From: a virus
Taxonomy: Duplodnaviria > Caudoviricetes
Virus record (IMG/VR): IMGVR_UViG_3300012971_000057
Coordinates: 1 to 31,758 of that record
DNA length: 31,758 bases
Strand: one strand, 5' to 3'
In this document: positions 8,916-16,192 of the stretch, in pieces
Numbering within the stretch: position 1 is the stretch's first letter
Layout of the letters: the number at the start of each line of letters is the position of its first letter
Translations under genes and position numbers: made by a program
Notes under the pieces: model-generated
Database searches by the model: none
What the model saw: only the letters and a program-made list of their open reading frames with translations
Told to the model about the DNA's origin: nothing

Positions 8916-8972
8916 GGAGGGGAGAAATGGAGCGGGGCCACCTGGGCCGCACAGGAGTCCCGCTCCACTGCC
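8906..8972 (+). promoter_or_regulatory. Tandem hairpins around the RBS of the 8973 fibre gene
   Basis: TCTCTCCT-gagg-AGGGGAGA (8906-8925) and TGGAGCGGG...CCTG[GGCCGCA]CAGG...CCCGCTCCA (8928-8967). Confidence 0.55.
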
Positions 8973-9770
8973 ATGGGTAACACAACCAACTATGGCTGGC
9001 CATATCCGGAACAGACGGACATTCCGGATGTTCAGCTGCACCTCAAGAATCTTGCGGTCGCGATTGATACCTCGCTCGGCGGGATCGCTGGTATTCCTCT
9101 TGGCGGAGTAGCGGACTGGCCATGGGGAGCCGGTCAAATCCCTACCTGGTCTCTGTTGCCTTACGGGCAGCTTTTGACGCAGGCGTCGTATCCGTCGCTA
9201 CAAACGATTGCAGATGCGGCTAGCCGTCCATATGGCGGATCGGCCGGGACGAACTTCAACCTTCCCGACTACCGAGGCCGAGTCGGTGCCGGTAAGGATG
9301 ACATGGGCGGAACGGCAGCCAACCGGATCACTACGGCGATCTCGGGATCGGACGGTAAAACACTGGGAGCTGTGTTCGGAGCCGAGGGCATCACCTTGAC
9401 GACGGCGCAGCTCCCGGCTCACACGCATACCTTTACGACCGGCGGCGAGTCCGTGGATCACACTCACTCCGTCGGTATCAACTCAGGTACCGTCTCGGCT
9501 GACCACGCGCACAACACCGACTACTGGGTCAGCGGCGCTGGCCCTGCTGGAGTCGTTCCGGGTGGTAACTCGGCTGCTGCTCCGGCAGGCCCGTACTACT
9601 ACGCCAGCGGCGGTATGACTGCGAACCACTACCACGGCGTCTCCGGTACCACCGCCGGTCGCTCGGGAGCGCACACTCACTCCGGTACATCGGACAGCAC
9701 CGGCTCGGCTTCGGCAATCAAGGCATCTCAGCCGTCGATCATCGTCAACAAGATACTGAGGGTGATATAG
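8973..9770 (+). CDS. Fibre protein with tail-collar domain and HxH needle motifs; paralogue of 28955..29944
   Basis: Collar motif GTNFNLPDYRGRVGAG, EGITLTTAQLPAHTH, repeated HTH/HAH/HYH, C-terminal QPSIIVNKILRV. Confidence 0.8.
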   Translation: MGNTTNYGWPYPEQTDIPDVQLHLKNLAVAIDTSLGGIAGIPLGGVADWPWGAGQIPTWSLLPYGQLLTQASYPSLQTIADAASRPYGGSAGTNFNLPDYRGRVGAGKDDMGGTAANRITTAISGSDGKTLGAVFGAEGITLTTAQLPAHTHTFTTGGESVDHTHSVGINSGTVSADHAHNTDYWVSGAGPAGVVPGGNSAAAPAGPYYYASGGMTANHYHGVSGTTAGRSGAHTHSGTSDSTGSASAIKASQPSIIVNKILRVI

Positions 9771-10048
9771 TGGCCAAGAAGAAGATCAAGGTAGTCAACA
9801 AGAGCATGCACGAGTGGCACGCCGCCGAAGAGACGCGGATGGCAGAGCAGCACACGAAGGAGAAGTCCGAGCACGGCAACAAGAAGCCGAAGGGCATCGA
9901 CATGACTCTGCTTGCGGAAGACGCAGAGCCACTTGTACTGCCGAATGAAGTCGTCGTCATGCCGGGCAGCTACTACGGCGTCAACGAGCTAGGCGATGAG
10001 TTTGTTCTGGCTCCGGCCGACATCGGCAAATTCTGGGTCGAGGTCTAG
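9770..10048 (+). CDS. Hypothetical protein (possible fibre chaperone)
   Basis: TAGTG coupling, GAGG RBS, codon bias. Confidence 0.6.
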   Translation: MAKKKIKVVNKSMHEWHAAEETRMAEQHTKEKSEHGNKKPKGIDMTLLAEDAEPLVLPNEVVVMPGSYYGVNELGDEFVLAPADIGKFWVEV

Positions 10049-10332
10049 TGCCTCACCTTCATCCTGTCGAACGGTTACGCCGGATCTGGACGCCTGGGCG
10101 CGAGATCGAGGAAGTGGTCGCGCGCCTGGAGCCGCAGACAGAGCTTGATTCGCAGATCCGCGATCTCTTGCATCGAGCAATTGAGCAGCGCGGGCCGGTC
10201 ACGCTCGACATCGGAAGCGAAGTGAGCCCAATCATGAATACGGGAACGCTGCGCTGGGAGATCATCCACGGCCCCGGTCACGACGATTATCCGGAGCTAC
10301 GCGAGCGTCAAGTTTCGCTCTGGATCGAATAG
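10048..10332 (+). CDS. Hypothetical protein
   Basis: TAGTG coupling, GAGG RBS. Confidence 0.6.
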   Translation: MPHLHPVERLRRIWTPGREIEEVVARLEPQTELDSQIRDLLHRAIEQRGPVTLDIGSEVSPIMNTGTLRWEIIHGPGHDDYPELRERQVSLWIE

Positions 10333-10340
10333 GAGGATGA

Positions 10341-10517
10341 ATGCATATCTTCTGCAACATCAATCTCAGCGAAGATGACAAACCAGCTTGGTCTCCGGAG
10401 GAGGCTGCGAACGCAGTCATGACAGCTTTGGGCGGCGATCCGGTGAAAGACACCTGTAACGTCCAGGTCACGATCCCGCCCGCCTCGGTCGGAGCGACAA
10501 CTTCTCCTACGCCTTGA
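10341..10517 (+). CDS. 58-aa hypothetical protein (MHIFCNINLSEDDKPAWSPEEAANAVMTALGGDPVKDTCNVQVTIPPASVGATTSPTP), not in the ORF track
   Basis: AGGAGG RBS at 10331-10336; TTGA overlap with the next gene; fills the gap. Confidence 0.7.
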   Translation: MHIFCNINLSEDDKPAWSPEEAANAVMTALGGDPVKDTCNVQVTIPPASVGATTSPTP

Positions 10518-11473
10518 GAGACGCTCATAAGAACTTCGCTTACAGTAACGTCGCGACCGCCCCATCTCCGGCCGCGAGCGGGACGTCACTGGTTGTTACT
10601 GCTGGCGACGGAGCCAAATTTCCGACGCCGCCGTTCAACGCGACCGTCTGGCCGGTCGGTCTCATTCCGATTACCAGCAACGCCGAGATCGTCCGCTGTA
10701 CCGCGCTCTCCACTGATACCCTGACGCTCACCCGGGCACAGGAGGGATCGAGCGCGAGAACAATCGTCGCAGGAGATCAAATTGCCGCTACGATCACGGC
10801 CAAGACTCTGACCGACGCTGAGGATCTGATCTACGACGGAGACTTCGCGAGTGGCCCGACCTACATGGATGGCGAGATCGTTGTCTATCAAGGGGTCGCC
10901 TATCTCTGCATCAAGCCGACGACCGCCGCGCCGGTCGCCTGGCCCGGAGGCCCGACGATTGCCCCGCCGCAGTTGCCCACGTACGGGACTACTTTGCCCG
11001 CTGCTCCCGTTGATGGTCAAGAGCACATCCTCGTAGATTCGGCAACTGCGCCGTCCTATCAATGGCGTCTCCGCTACAACGCCGGATCGACCTCGGCATA
11101 CAAGTGGGAGTTTGTCGGCGGTGCTCCGGCGTGGGGTGGAGATTCCACCGTTATCGGAATGACCGGTGATGCCGCTTGGCATCCGACGGGAATGCAATTC
11201 ACGTTGGTTCGTGCGGGAGTGTACGACTTCTCCTTCACGGCTCGCGGTCAGGGAGGAACATCTACTTACACCATGGGCCTCTCGATTGCCGGCGCTACTC
11301 CTACCAACGATGTTCATACATCAAATACGAACTCGACTTGGAACAACGTTTCGCGTGACCGTCAAAGGCTAACGGTCGCTGCCGGGAATGTCGTCGCGCT
11401 CTGGTATAACACAAGTTCTGCTCAGAACCTCGACAACCGTACCTTCTCCTGTCAGCCGGTGAGGATCTCTTGA
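10514..11473 (+). CDS. Mosaic fibre/adhesin 1: N-terminal anchor domain, CBM-like module, KWEF...PVRIS head
   Basis: EIVRCTALSTDTLTLTRAQEGSSAR anchor-type motif; YMDGEIVVYQGVAYLC; PVDGQ...YNAGSTSAYKWEFVGGA. Confidence 0.65.
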   Translation: MRDAHKNFAYSNVATAPSPAASGTSLVVTAGDGAKFPTPPFNATVWPVGLIPITSNAEIVRCTALSTDTLTLTRAQEGSSARTIVAGDQIAATITAKTLTDAEDLIYDGDFASGPTYMDGEIVVYQGVAYLCIKPTTAAPVAWPGGPTIAPPQLPTYGTTLPAAPVDGQEHILVDSATAPSYQWRLRYNAGSTSAYKWEFVGGAPAWGGDSTVIGMTGDAAWHPTGMQFTLVRAGVYDFSFTARGQGGTSTYTMGLSIAGATPTNDVHTSNTNSTWNNVSRDRQRLTVAAGNVVALWYNTSSAQNLDNRTFSCQPVRIS

Positions 11474-12660
11474 GCACTCCAGCTCCTGCCTCTACGAACT
11501 GGATTCCGCTCTGGAACCTCAACGGTGCGACTGGACTCAACTACCGGGGCGCGTACGTCGCTGCCACCCAGTACGCCGACGGCGACATCGTCGTCTACAA
11601 CGGCATAATGTATGCCTGTGTACGGCCGACGCTGAACGCTCCGGTTGTATTCCCGGTGGGTTCGCAGAACAACCCGATAGCGAAGGTCTACTGTACATCG
11701 TCGCCATCTTGGCCGAATGCCGCCTGGACGCAGATAGCAAATGTTTGGACGGTCGAATACGACACCGACAATATCTGGGATGGCGCGGGCAAGATGGTCA
11801 TCAAGACGCCGGGGCGCTACCGGATCTCGGTGACAGTGATCTGCGCGGCAGCTGCTGGCGGCGGAATACGCGGTATTCAGATTCTCAAGAACTCGGTTGC
11901 AGGAAACGTAGGAGTGATCGGCGAAGCGAGCTACAATGGGATCACAACTACGATTGAGCAGGCTATGCCATGCACGGTCGATGCCTCTCTGAACGCGGGC
12001 GATCAGCTTGCGCTCGTGATCTACCAGAACAGCGGCGGCTCGATTCTACTCGCAGCCACTCCGACCGTGTTCTCGGTCGAGCGCCTGGATGCGGCGGTGC
12101 CGGTCGCCGTCTCCTATCCAGTCGGCACTCCGACCTACTCAACGACGCCGCCCGCCTCGCCGGTAGATGGACAGATCTGGATTCTTCCTGCTGATGCGAC
12201 GAACGGCGTCAACTGGACGTTCCGTTACAATGCCGGTAGCTCGTCGGTATACAAGTGGGAGTTCATAGGCGGCGCATCGTGGCTGGGTAACTTCTCAAAC
12301 GGAGCATACGAGACGATTCCCGGCTCAGGTGCATTCGGCGATTGTCCGACCATTACTCGTTTTCTTGTACCGCGTGCGGGCGACTACGATGCCGTAGCGA
12401 TGGCTCAGTTCTCGCATCCATCAGGCAATAACCTCTTCCAGCAGGCTCTCTGTCGCGGCTCCGACTTTTCAGGTAGCCTTGGCGCCGCGACCGCGATGCT
12501 AGGGCCGTCCGTAGGGTCTAGTCATATCACCCATACGGTTTCGGATCGTGTGCTTGCTGTTCCCGCTGGTAGCGATGTTCGCGCTCGGTATAACTCAGCC
12601 GCAGCGGGCGGTCTGGCCGCCAACCGAACGCTCCGCGTCTGGCCAGTGAGGGTATCATGA
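11470..12660 (+). CDS. Mosaic fibre/adhesin 2: WxPLW leader, CBM-like module, C1q-like domain, KWEF...PVRVS head
   Basis: YADGDIVVYNGIMYAC; YDTDNIWD...IKTPGRYRI...LNAGDQLALVIYQNSGG; PVDGQ...YKWEFIGGA. Confidence 0.65.
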   Translation: MSTPAPASTNWIPLWNLNGATGLNYRGAYVAATQYADGDIVVYNGIMYACVRPTLNAPVVFPVGSQNNPIAKVYCTSSPSWPNAAWTQIANVWTVEYDTDNIWDGAGKMVIKTPGRYRISVTVICAAAAGGGIRGIQILKNSVAGNVGVIGEASYNGITTTIEQAMPCTVDASLNAGDQLALVIYQNSGGSILLAATPTVFSVERLDAAVPVAVSYPVGTPTYSTTPPASPVDGQIWILPADATNGVNWTFRYNAGSSSVYKWEFIGGASWLGNFSNGAYETIPGSGAFGDCPTITRFLVPRAGDYDAVAMAQFSHPSGNNLFQQALCRGSDFSGSLGAATAMLGPSVGSSHITHTVSDRVLAVPAGSDVRARYNSAAAGGLAANRTLRVWPVRVS

Positions 12661-13910
12661 GCGTTCCGAATCCCGCCGCCGTCGATTGGGTGCCGCTCTG
12701 GCCGACCGGGATCGCAGTGCCGCCCGGTCAACCTTCGGTGCGCGTCTATCGTGGTTCAGTTCTTGCCGTTGCGAACAACACTTGGACACCCGTCCCGTTC
12801 ACTGCAGCTCGCTATGATGTTGGAGGGCCGCACTGGGCAGCCGGTACTCCAACACGTCTGACGTGTGTTGTTGCAGGTACCTATCATGTTTGGGCCTCGA
12901 CACAGTTTGTTCCCGGCGCTGGCGGATACACCAGGCAAAATGCGATCATGCTCAACGGAAGTACCTACAGCGGAGTCGGCGGGAACAATGGTGCGCTTTT
13001 CGCCGCTGCTGGATACCCGATCTCTCAGGCATCCGAACTAATTCAAATGGTTCCCGGGGATTATGTTGAGTGTTCTGTTTTCCAGGATAGCGGCGGAAGC
13101 CTGAACACCAATACCAGCGATACTGGCACCTCAAGGCATGCGATGGAGTTCGGTATGGTGCTCGTCGGCGGGATGCAAGGCCCGCCAGGAGCTGGGATCC
13201 CGACGCCGACTGTCGCTGGTCAATGGGTGAAGGGTGCGGCCGGCAATGCTGCGATCTGGTCTCCGATTGCTCATTCGGATCTTCCGACCGAGCTGATCGG
13301 CGGTTACTTGCCTCCGGGCAACGACTGGAACCAGGCGCAACAATCGGGCTGGTACTCATCCTCAAACGCCGCGAACGCTCCGGCACCGTTCGGAGGCGTG
13401 CCCGGATCTTGGTTGCTTGTTCGTGTTGAGAATCACTCTCCCGGCGCATGGACGACGCAGACCGCCTGGGCGTTCACCGAGGGAGCATCGCCGCCAGGCA
13501 ACATCTCGCAGTTCAGGCGGCGTTGTAATAACGGGACTTGGCAGGCGTGGCAGCATACGGATACCGGCAACTGGCTGTCTGTCAACGGCAACCTTGGTTA
13601 CGCTGGAGGCTTCACTGACTACGGCGCACCTTGGGGGCCAGCAAAGTTTCGTAAGGTCAGCGGAATGGTCATTCTGGAAGGTCTGATCAGTAACCCGGCG
13701 ACCGCCGGAACCATCGTCATGTTTGCGCTACCGGCTGGGTACCGCCCGCTCTCGGGCCGCTACTTGATCTTTCGCACGGCCTGTAGTTATCCGACCGCAA
13801 CGCAGGGCGAGACGATTCGCATCTACGACAACGGCAATGTCGAGGCGCAGGCGACTCCGGGCGGCGGCTGGCTCTCGCTCACTGGCTGCACCTTCATGGC
13901 TGAGGGTTAA
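12657..13910 (+). CDS. Mosaic fibre/adhesin 3: WxPLW leader, C1q-like domain, knob domain, receptor-binding head
   Basis: RLTCVVAGTYHV...PGDYVECSVFQDSGG; DWNQAQQSGWY...NGTWQAWQ; FRKVSGMVILEGLI...FALPAGYRP...WLSLTGCTF. Confidence 0.7.
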   Translation: MSVPNPAAVDWVPLWPTGIAVPPGQPSVRVYRGSVLAVANNTWTPVPFTAARYDVGGPHWAAGTPTRLTCVVAGTYHVWASTQFVPGAGGYTRQNAIMLNGSTYSGVGGNNGALFAAAGYPISQASELIQMVPGDYVECSVFQDSGGSLNTNTSDTGTSRHAMEFGMVLVGGMQGPPGAGIPTPTVAGQWVKGAAGNAAIWSPIAHSDLPTELIGGYLPPGNDWNQAQQSGWYSSSNAANAPAPFGGVPGSWLLVRVENHSPGAWTTQTAWAFTEGASPPGNISQFRRRCNNGTWQAWQHTDTGNWLSVNGNLGYAGGFTDYGAPWGPAKFRKVSGMVILEGLISNPATAGTIVMFALPAGYRPLSGRYLIFRTACSYPTATQGETIRIYDNGNVEAQATPGGGWLSLTGCTFMAEG

Positions 13911-16192
13911 TGTTCGGCGTCAACGCTTTTGGCTGGCCTTATCCCGGTCAGGGGCCGATGGATGTCGGGAAGCGCCTCACCACTTCAGATCCAGGCCTGC
14001 GGACATACGCAGATCTGCCCGTAGCGTACGCGACCTATGCCGCGATCCCGGCCACCACCAGAGACTACGCGCGGCTCCCGTTCAATCCGCCGTACTTGAC
14101 GGCAACCGAGACCGCCGCCGTCACCCTCAAGCAGTTCTCGACTGCCGATGCGAACGGGCCGACGACCGAGACCGCCACCGTCAAGTTCGGCGTCAGCGCA
14201 ACTGACTCCAATGGCAGCACGACCGAGACTGCTTCGGTTGTCTACTCTGCTCAGGTTAGTGATGCCGGGAGCGGTTCGGATAGCGCCACTCTCGTCGTCA
14301 AGGCCGCGAGCGCGGACAGCGGTTCAGGTAACGACAGCTCGACGCTTGTCGCGCAGCTCGTCGTAACCGACGCTGGATCCGCGACTGAAGTCCAATCGCT
14401 AACCGCCGCAGCTCCGACTCTCGACGCTGGTACAGCAACTGACGCCGCAACCTTGGTCGCGAAGCTCGCGGCCAGCGACGCGGGCGTGGTCACTGACTTC
14501 GCTTCCACCGCGACCTTCCAGGCGATCTCCGGGACAGATGCCGGCGCATTCAGCGAGAGCGCCACGGTCAAGGTCGTCCTGGCGGTCTCGGACAGCGGCG
14601 TTACGTCGGACAACGCTACGCTGGTCTACGGAATCGTTGTTATAGACGCGGGCGCGAGCGCGGACGCGAGCGTTCTCAACGTCAAGATCAACGTCTCGGA
14701 TCCGTCCTACGCGACCTATGCGGGCCTGCCATCGCGCTACGCCACGTATGCAGCGATCCCCGCGACCACTCAATACTACTCGCAACTGCCGTACGCGCCG
14801 CCATACCCGATCTGGACTGAAGTCGCGTATGCAGCCGTCGCCTTCCTCGCTACCGATCACAACGGGACGACGGGCGAGGTCGCTCTGGTTGGCGTCAAGT
14901 CTGCCGACAGCGGCTCTGGATCCGAGATCGGAAGCGTCAATGTTCAGGTACTCGCAGCCGACTCAGGCGTAGGTACCGACTACGCTGCTCCGATCAAGCT
15001 TGGCTTCGATTCCGGTGTCGGGATCGAGGCTACCACGCTCGTTGCTCTGGTTGCGTCGTTCGATACCGCCTATAGCCTTGATCTCGCCGGGATCCCCACC
15101 GGCGGGTACTTCGTAGCCGATTCGAACGGTCTTGTCACCGAATCTACTGTTGTAAGAGCCTATCTCACGGCTCTAGACGCCTCCGGGCCGGTAACGGAAT
15201 ACGCGCAAGCTCCTACAGGCGCTCTCCCGGCCTTCGACGTTGGCACGGCGACGGAGACCGCAGCTCTCCATGCCGCGCTGGCGGGAACGGATGCGGGCAG
15301 TGGCAGCGATGTCACTGTCCCATCCGTCCAAGTCCTCGCCTTTGATCAGAATTCAACTTCGACTGAGAGTGCGACACTCGGTACGGCGGTGCCGACCGTT
15401 GACACTGGAACCTCGGTCGAGAGCGCCAGCGTCAAGGTTGCCCTTGCCTCCTCGGATGCTGGCGCTGTTACGGAGACCGCTGCGCTGGCTGCCACTCTCG
15501 CCGCAGGGAGCGACTCAGGGACGGCGCTTGAGGCGACGGAAATCCGGAGTCAAACGGCGGCCAGCGACAGCGGCTCCGGATCCGACTCAGCAATTCTTAC
15601 GACTCTCGTCCCATCGGGGATCGATGTTGGTCAGGCCGTCGAAGTCGTGTCGCTCCTGGCGAAAGTCGCCGGATTCGATGCCGGTCTCGGAACAGACAAG
15701 ATCGACGTTCGTGTTCAGGTACTGGCATCTGACTCCGGTCACGGCACCGATATTGTTCTCGGGCAAGCGATCTACGGCTCCGACAAAGGTACCGGCCTTG
15801 ACGCGGAGGCGCTCCGGGCGCTACTCAGCGCGAGCGATTCTGGATACGGGGACGATTGGCAATGGCGCGATCCTCCGTATGTCCTCTTTACGGATGAGCC
15901 TCCGGGGAGTATCCTATCAACAGCGAATGGATCTACTCAAATCTTCCCGGCTGTTGGCACTGCTGAAACACCTTCCTCGGCGCAAGGATCGCATCCGGTA
16001 CCGGCCACCGGCCGTGCTGGATCTCCGTTCATCGCTTCTGGGCACATCTCGAACGGAGCCGCCGTCGGAGCAGTTCGCAGCGGAGCGGGAGCGCCTGGTC
16101 ACATTGTCGGATCTGCCCGAGGATCAAGTCGCGGATCATTTGTGCCACGGGGCACCTACGCAAGTCCAGCCGGAGGGAGGATCCTGAAGTGA
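13910..16192 (+). CDS. 760-aa periodic repeat structural protein (candidate filament scaffold/ruler)
   Basis: About 31 units of ~18 aa with consensus D-[AS]-G-x3-[DE]-x-A-x-[LV]; two Tyr-rich inserts; MFGVNAF leader; G/S/P-rich C-terminus. Confidence 0.7.
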   Translation: MFGVNAFGWPYPGQGPMDVGKRLTTSDPGLRTYADLPVAYATYAAIPATTRDYARLPFNPPYLTATETAAVTLKQFSTADANGPTTETATVKFGVSATDSNGSTTETASVVYSAQVSDAGSGSDSATLVVKAASADSGSGNDSSTLVAQLVVTDAGSATEVQSLTAAAPTLDAGTATDAATLVAKLAASDAGVVTDFASTATFQAISGTDAGAFSESATVKVVLAVSDSGVTSDNATLVYGIVVIDAGASADASVLNVKINVSDPSYATYAGLPSRYATYAAIPATTQYYSQLPYAPPYPIWTEVAYAAVAFLATDHNGTTGEVALVGVKSADSGSGSEIGSVNVQVLAADSGVGTDYAAPIKLGFDSGVGIEATTLVALVASFDTAYSLDLAGIPTGGYFVADSNGLVTESTVVRAYLTALDASGPVTEYAQAPTGALPAFDVGTATETAALHAALAGTDAGSGSDVTVPSVQVLAFDQNSTSTESATLGTAVPTVDTGTSVESASVKVALASSDAGAVTETAALAATLAAGSDSGTALEATEIRSQTAASDSGSGSDSAILTTLVPSGIDVGQAVEVVSLLAKVAGFDAGLGTDKIDVRVQVLASDSGHGTDIVLGQAIYGSDKGTGLDAEALRALLSASDSGYGDDWQWRDPPYVLFTDEPPGSILSTANGSTQIFPAVGTAETPSSAQGSHPVPATGRAGSPFIASGHISNGAAVGAVRSGAGAPGHIVGSARGSSRGSFVPRGTYASPAGGRILK
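13988..15856 (+). repeat. ~54-bp (18-aa) degenerate tandem coding repeat, about 31 copies
   Basis: e.g. SDAGSGSDSATLVVKAAS / ADSGSGNDSSTLVAQLVV / TDAGSATEVQSLTAAAPT / LDAGTATDAATLVAKLAA; counted by eye. Confidence 0.85.

Noticed and set aside
10976-12660. Diversity-generating retroelement targets (similar 3' ends of three genes)
   Set aside because: No reverse transcriptase or template repeat in the window, and differences are not adenine-specific near-identical copies
10514-13910. Invertible shufflon of fibre tips
   Set aside because: All modules are on the same strand as complete genes; no invertase or inverted crossover sites seen
13988-15856. CRISPR array or DNA-level tandem repeat
   Set aside because: Periodicity exists at protein level only; no identical nucleotide repeats with spacers
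15240-16187. 315-aa alternative-frame ORF and the many long antisense or shifted ORFs in the track
   Set aside because: Arg/Pro/Ser-rich shadows expected from high GC3 coding; no RBS or motifs
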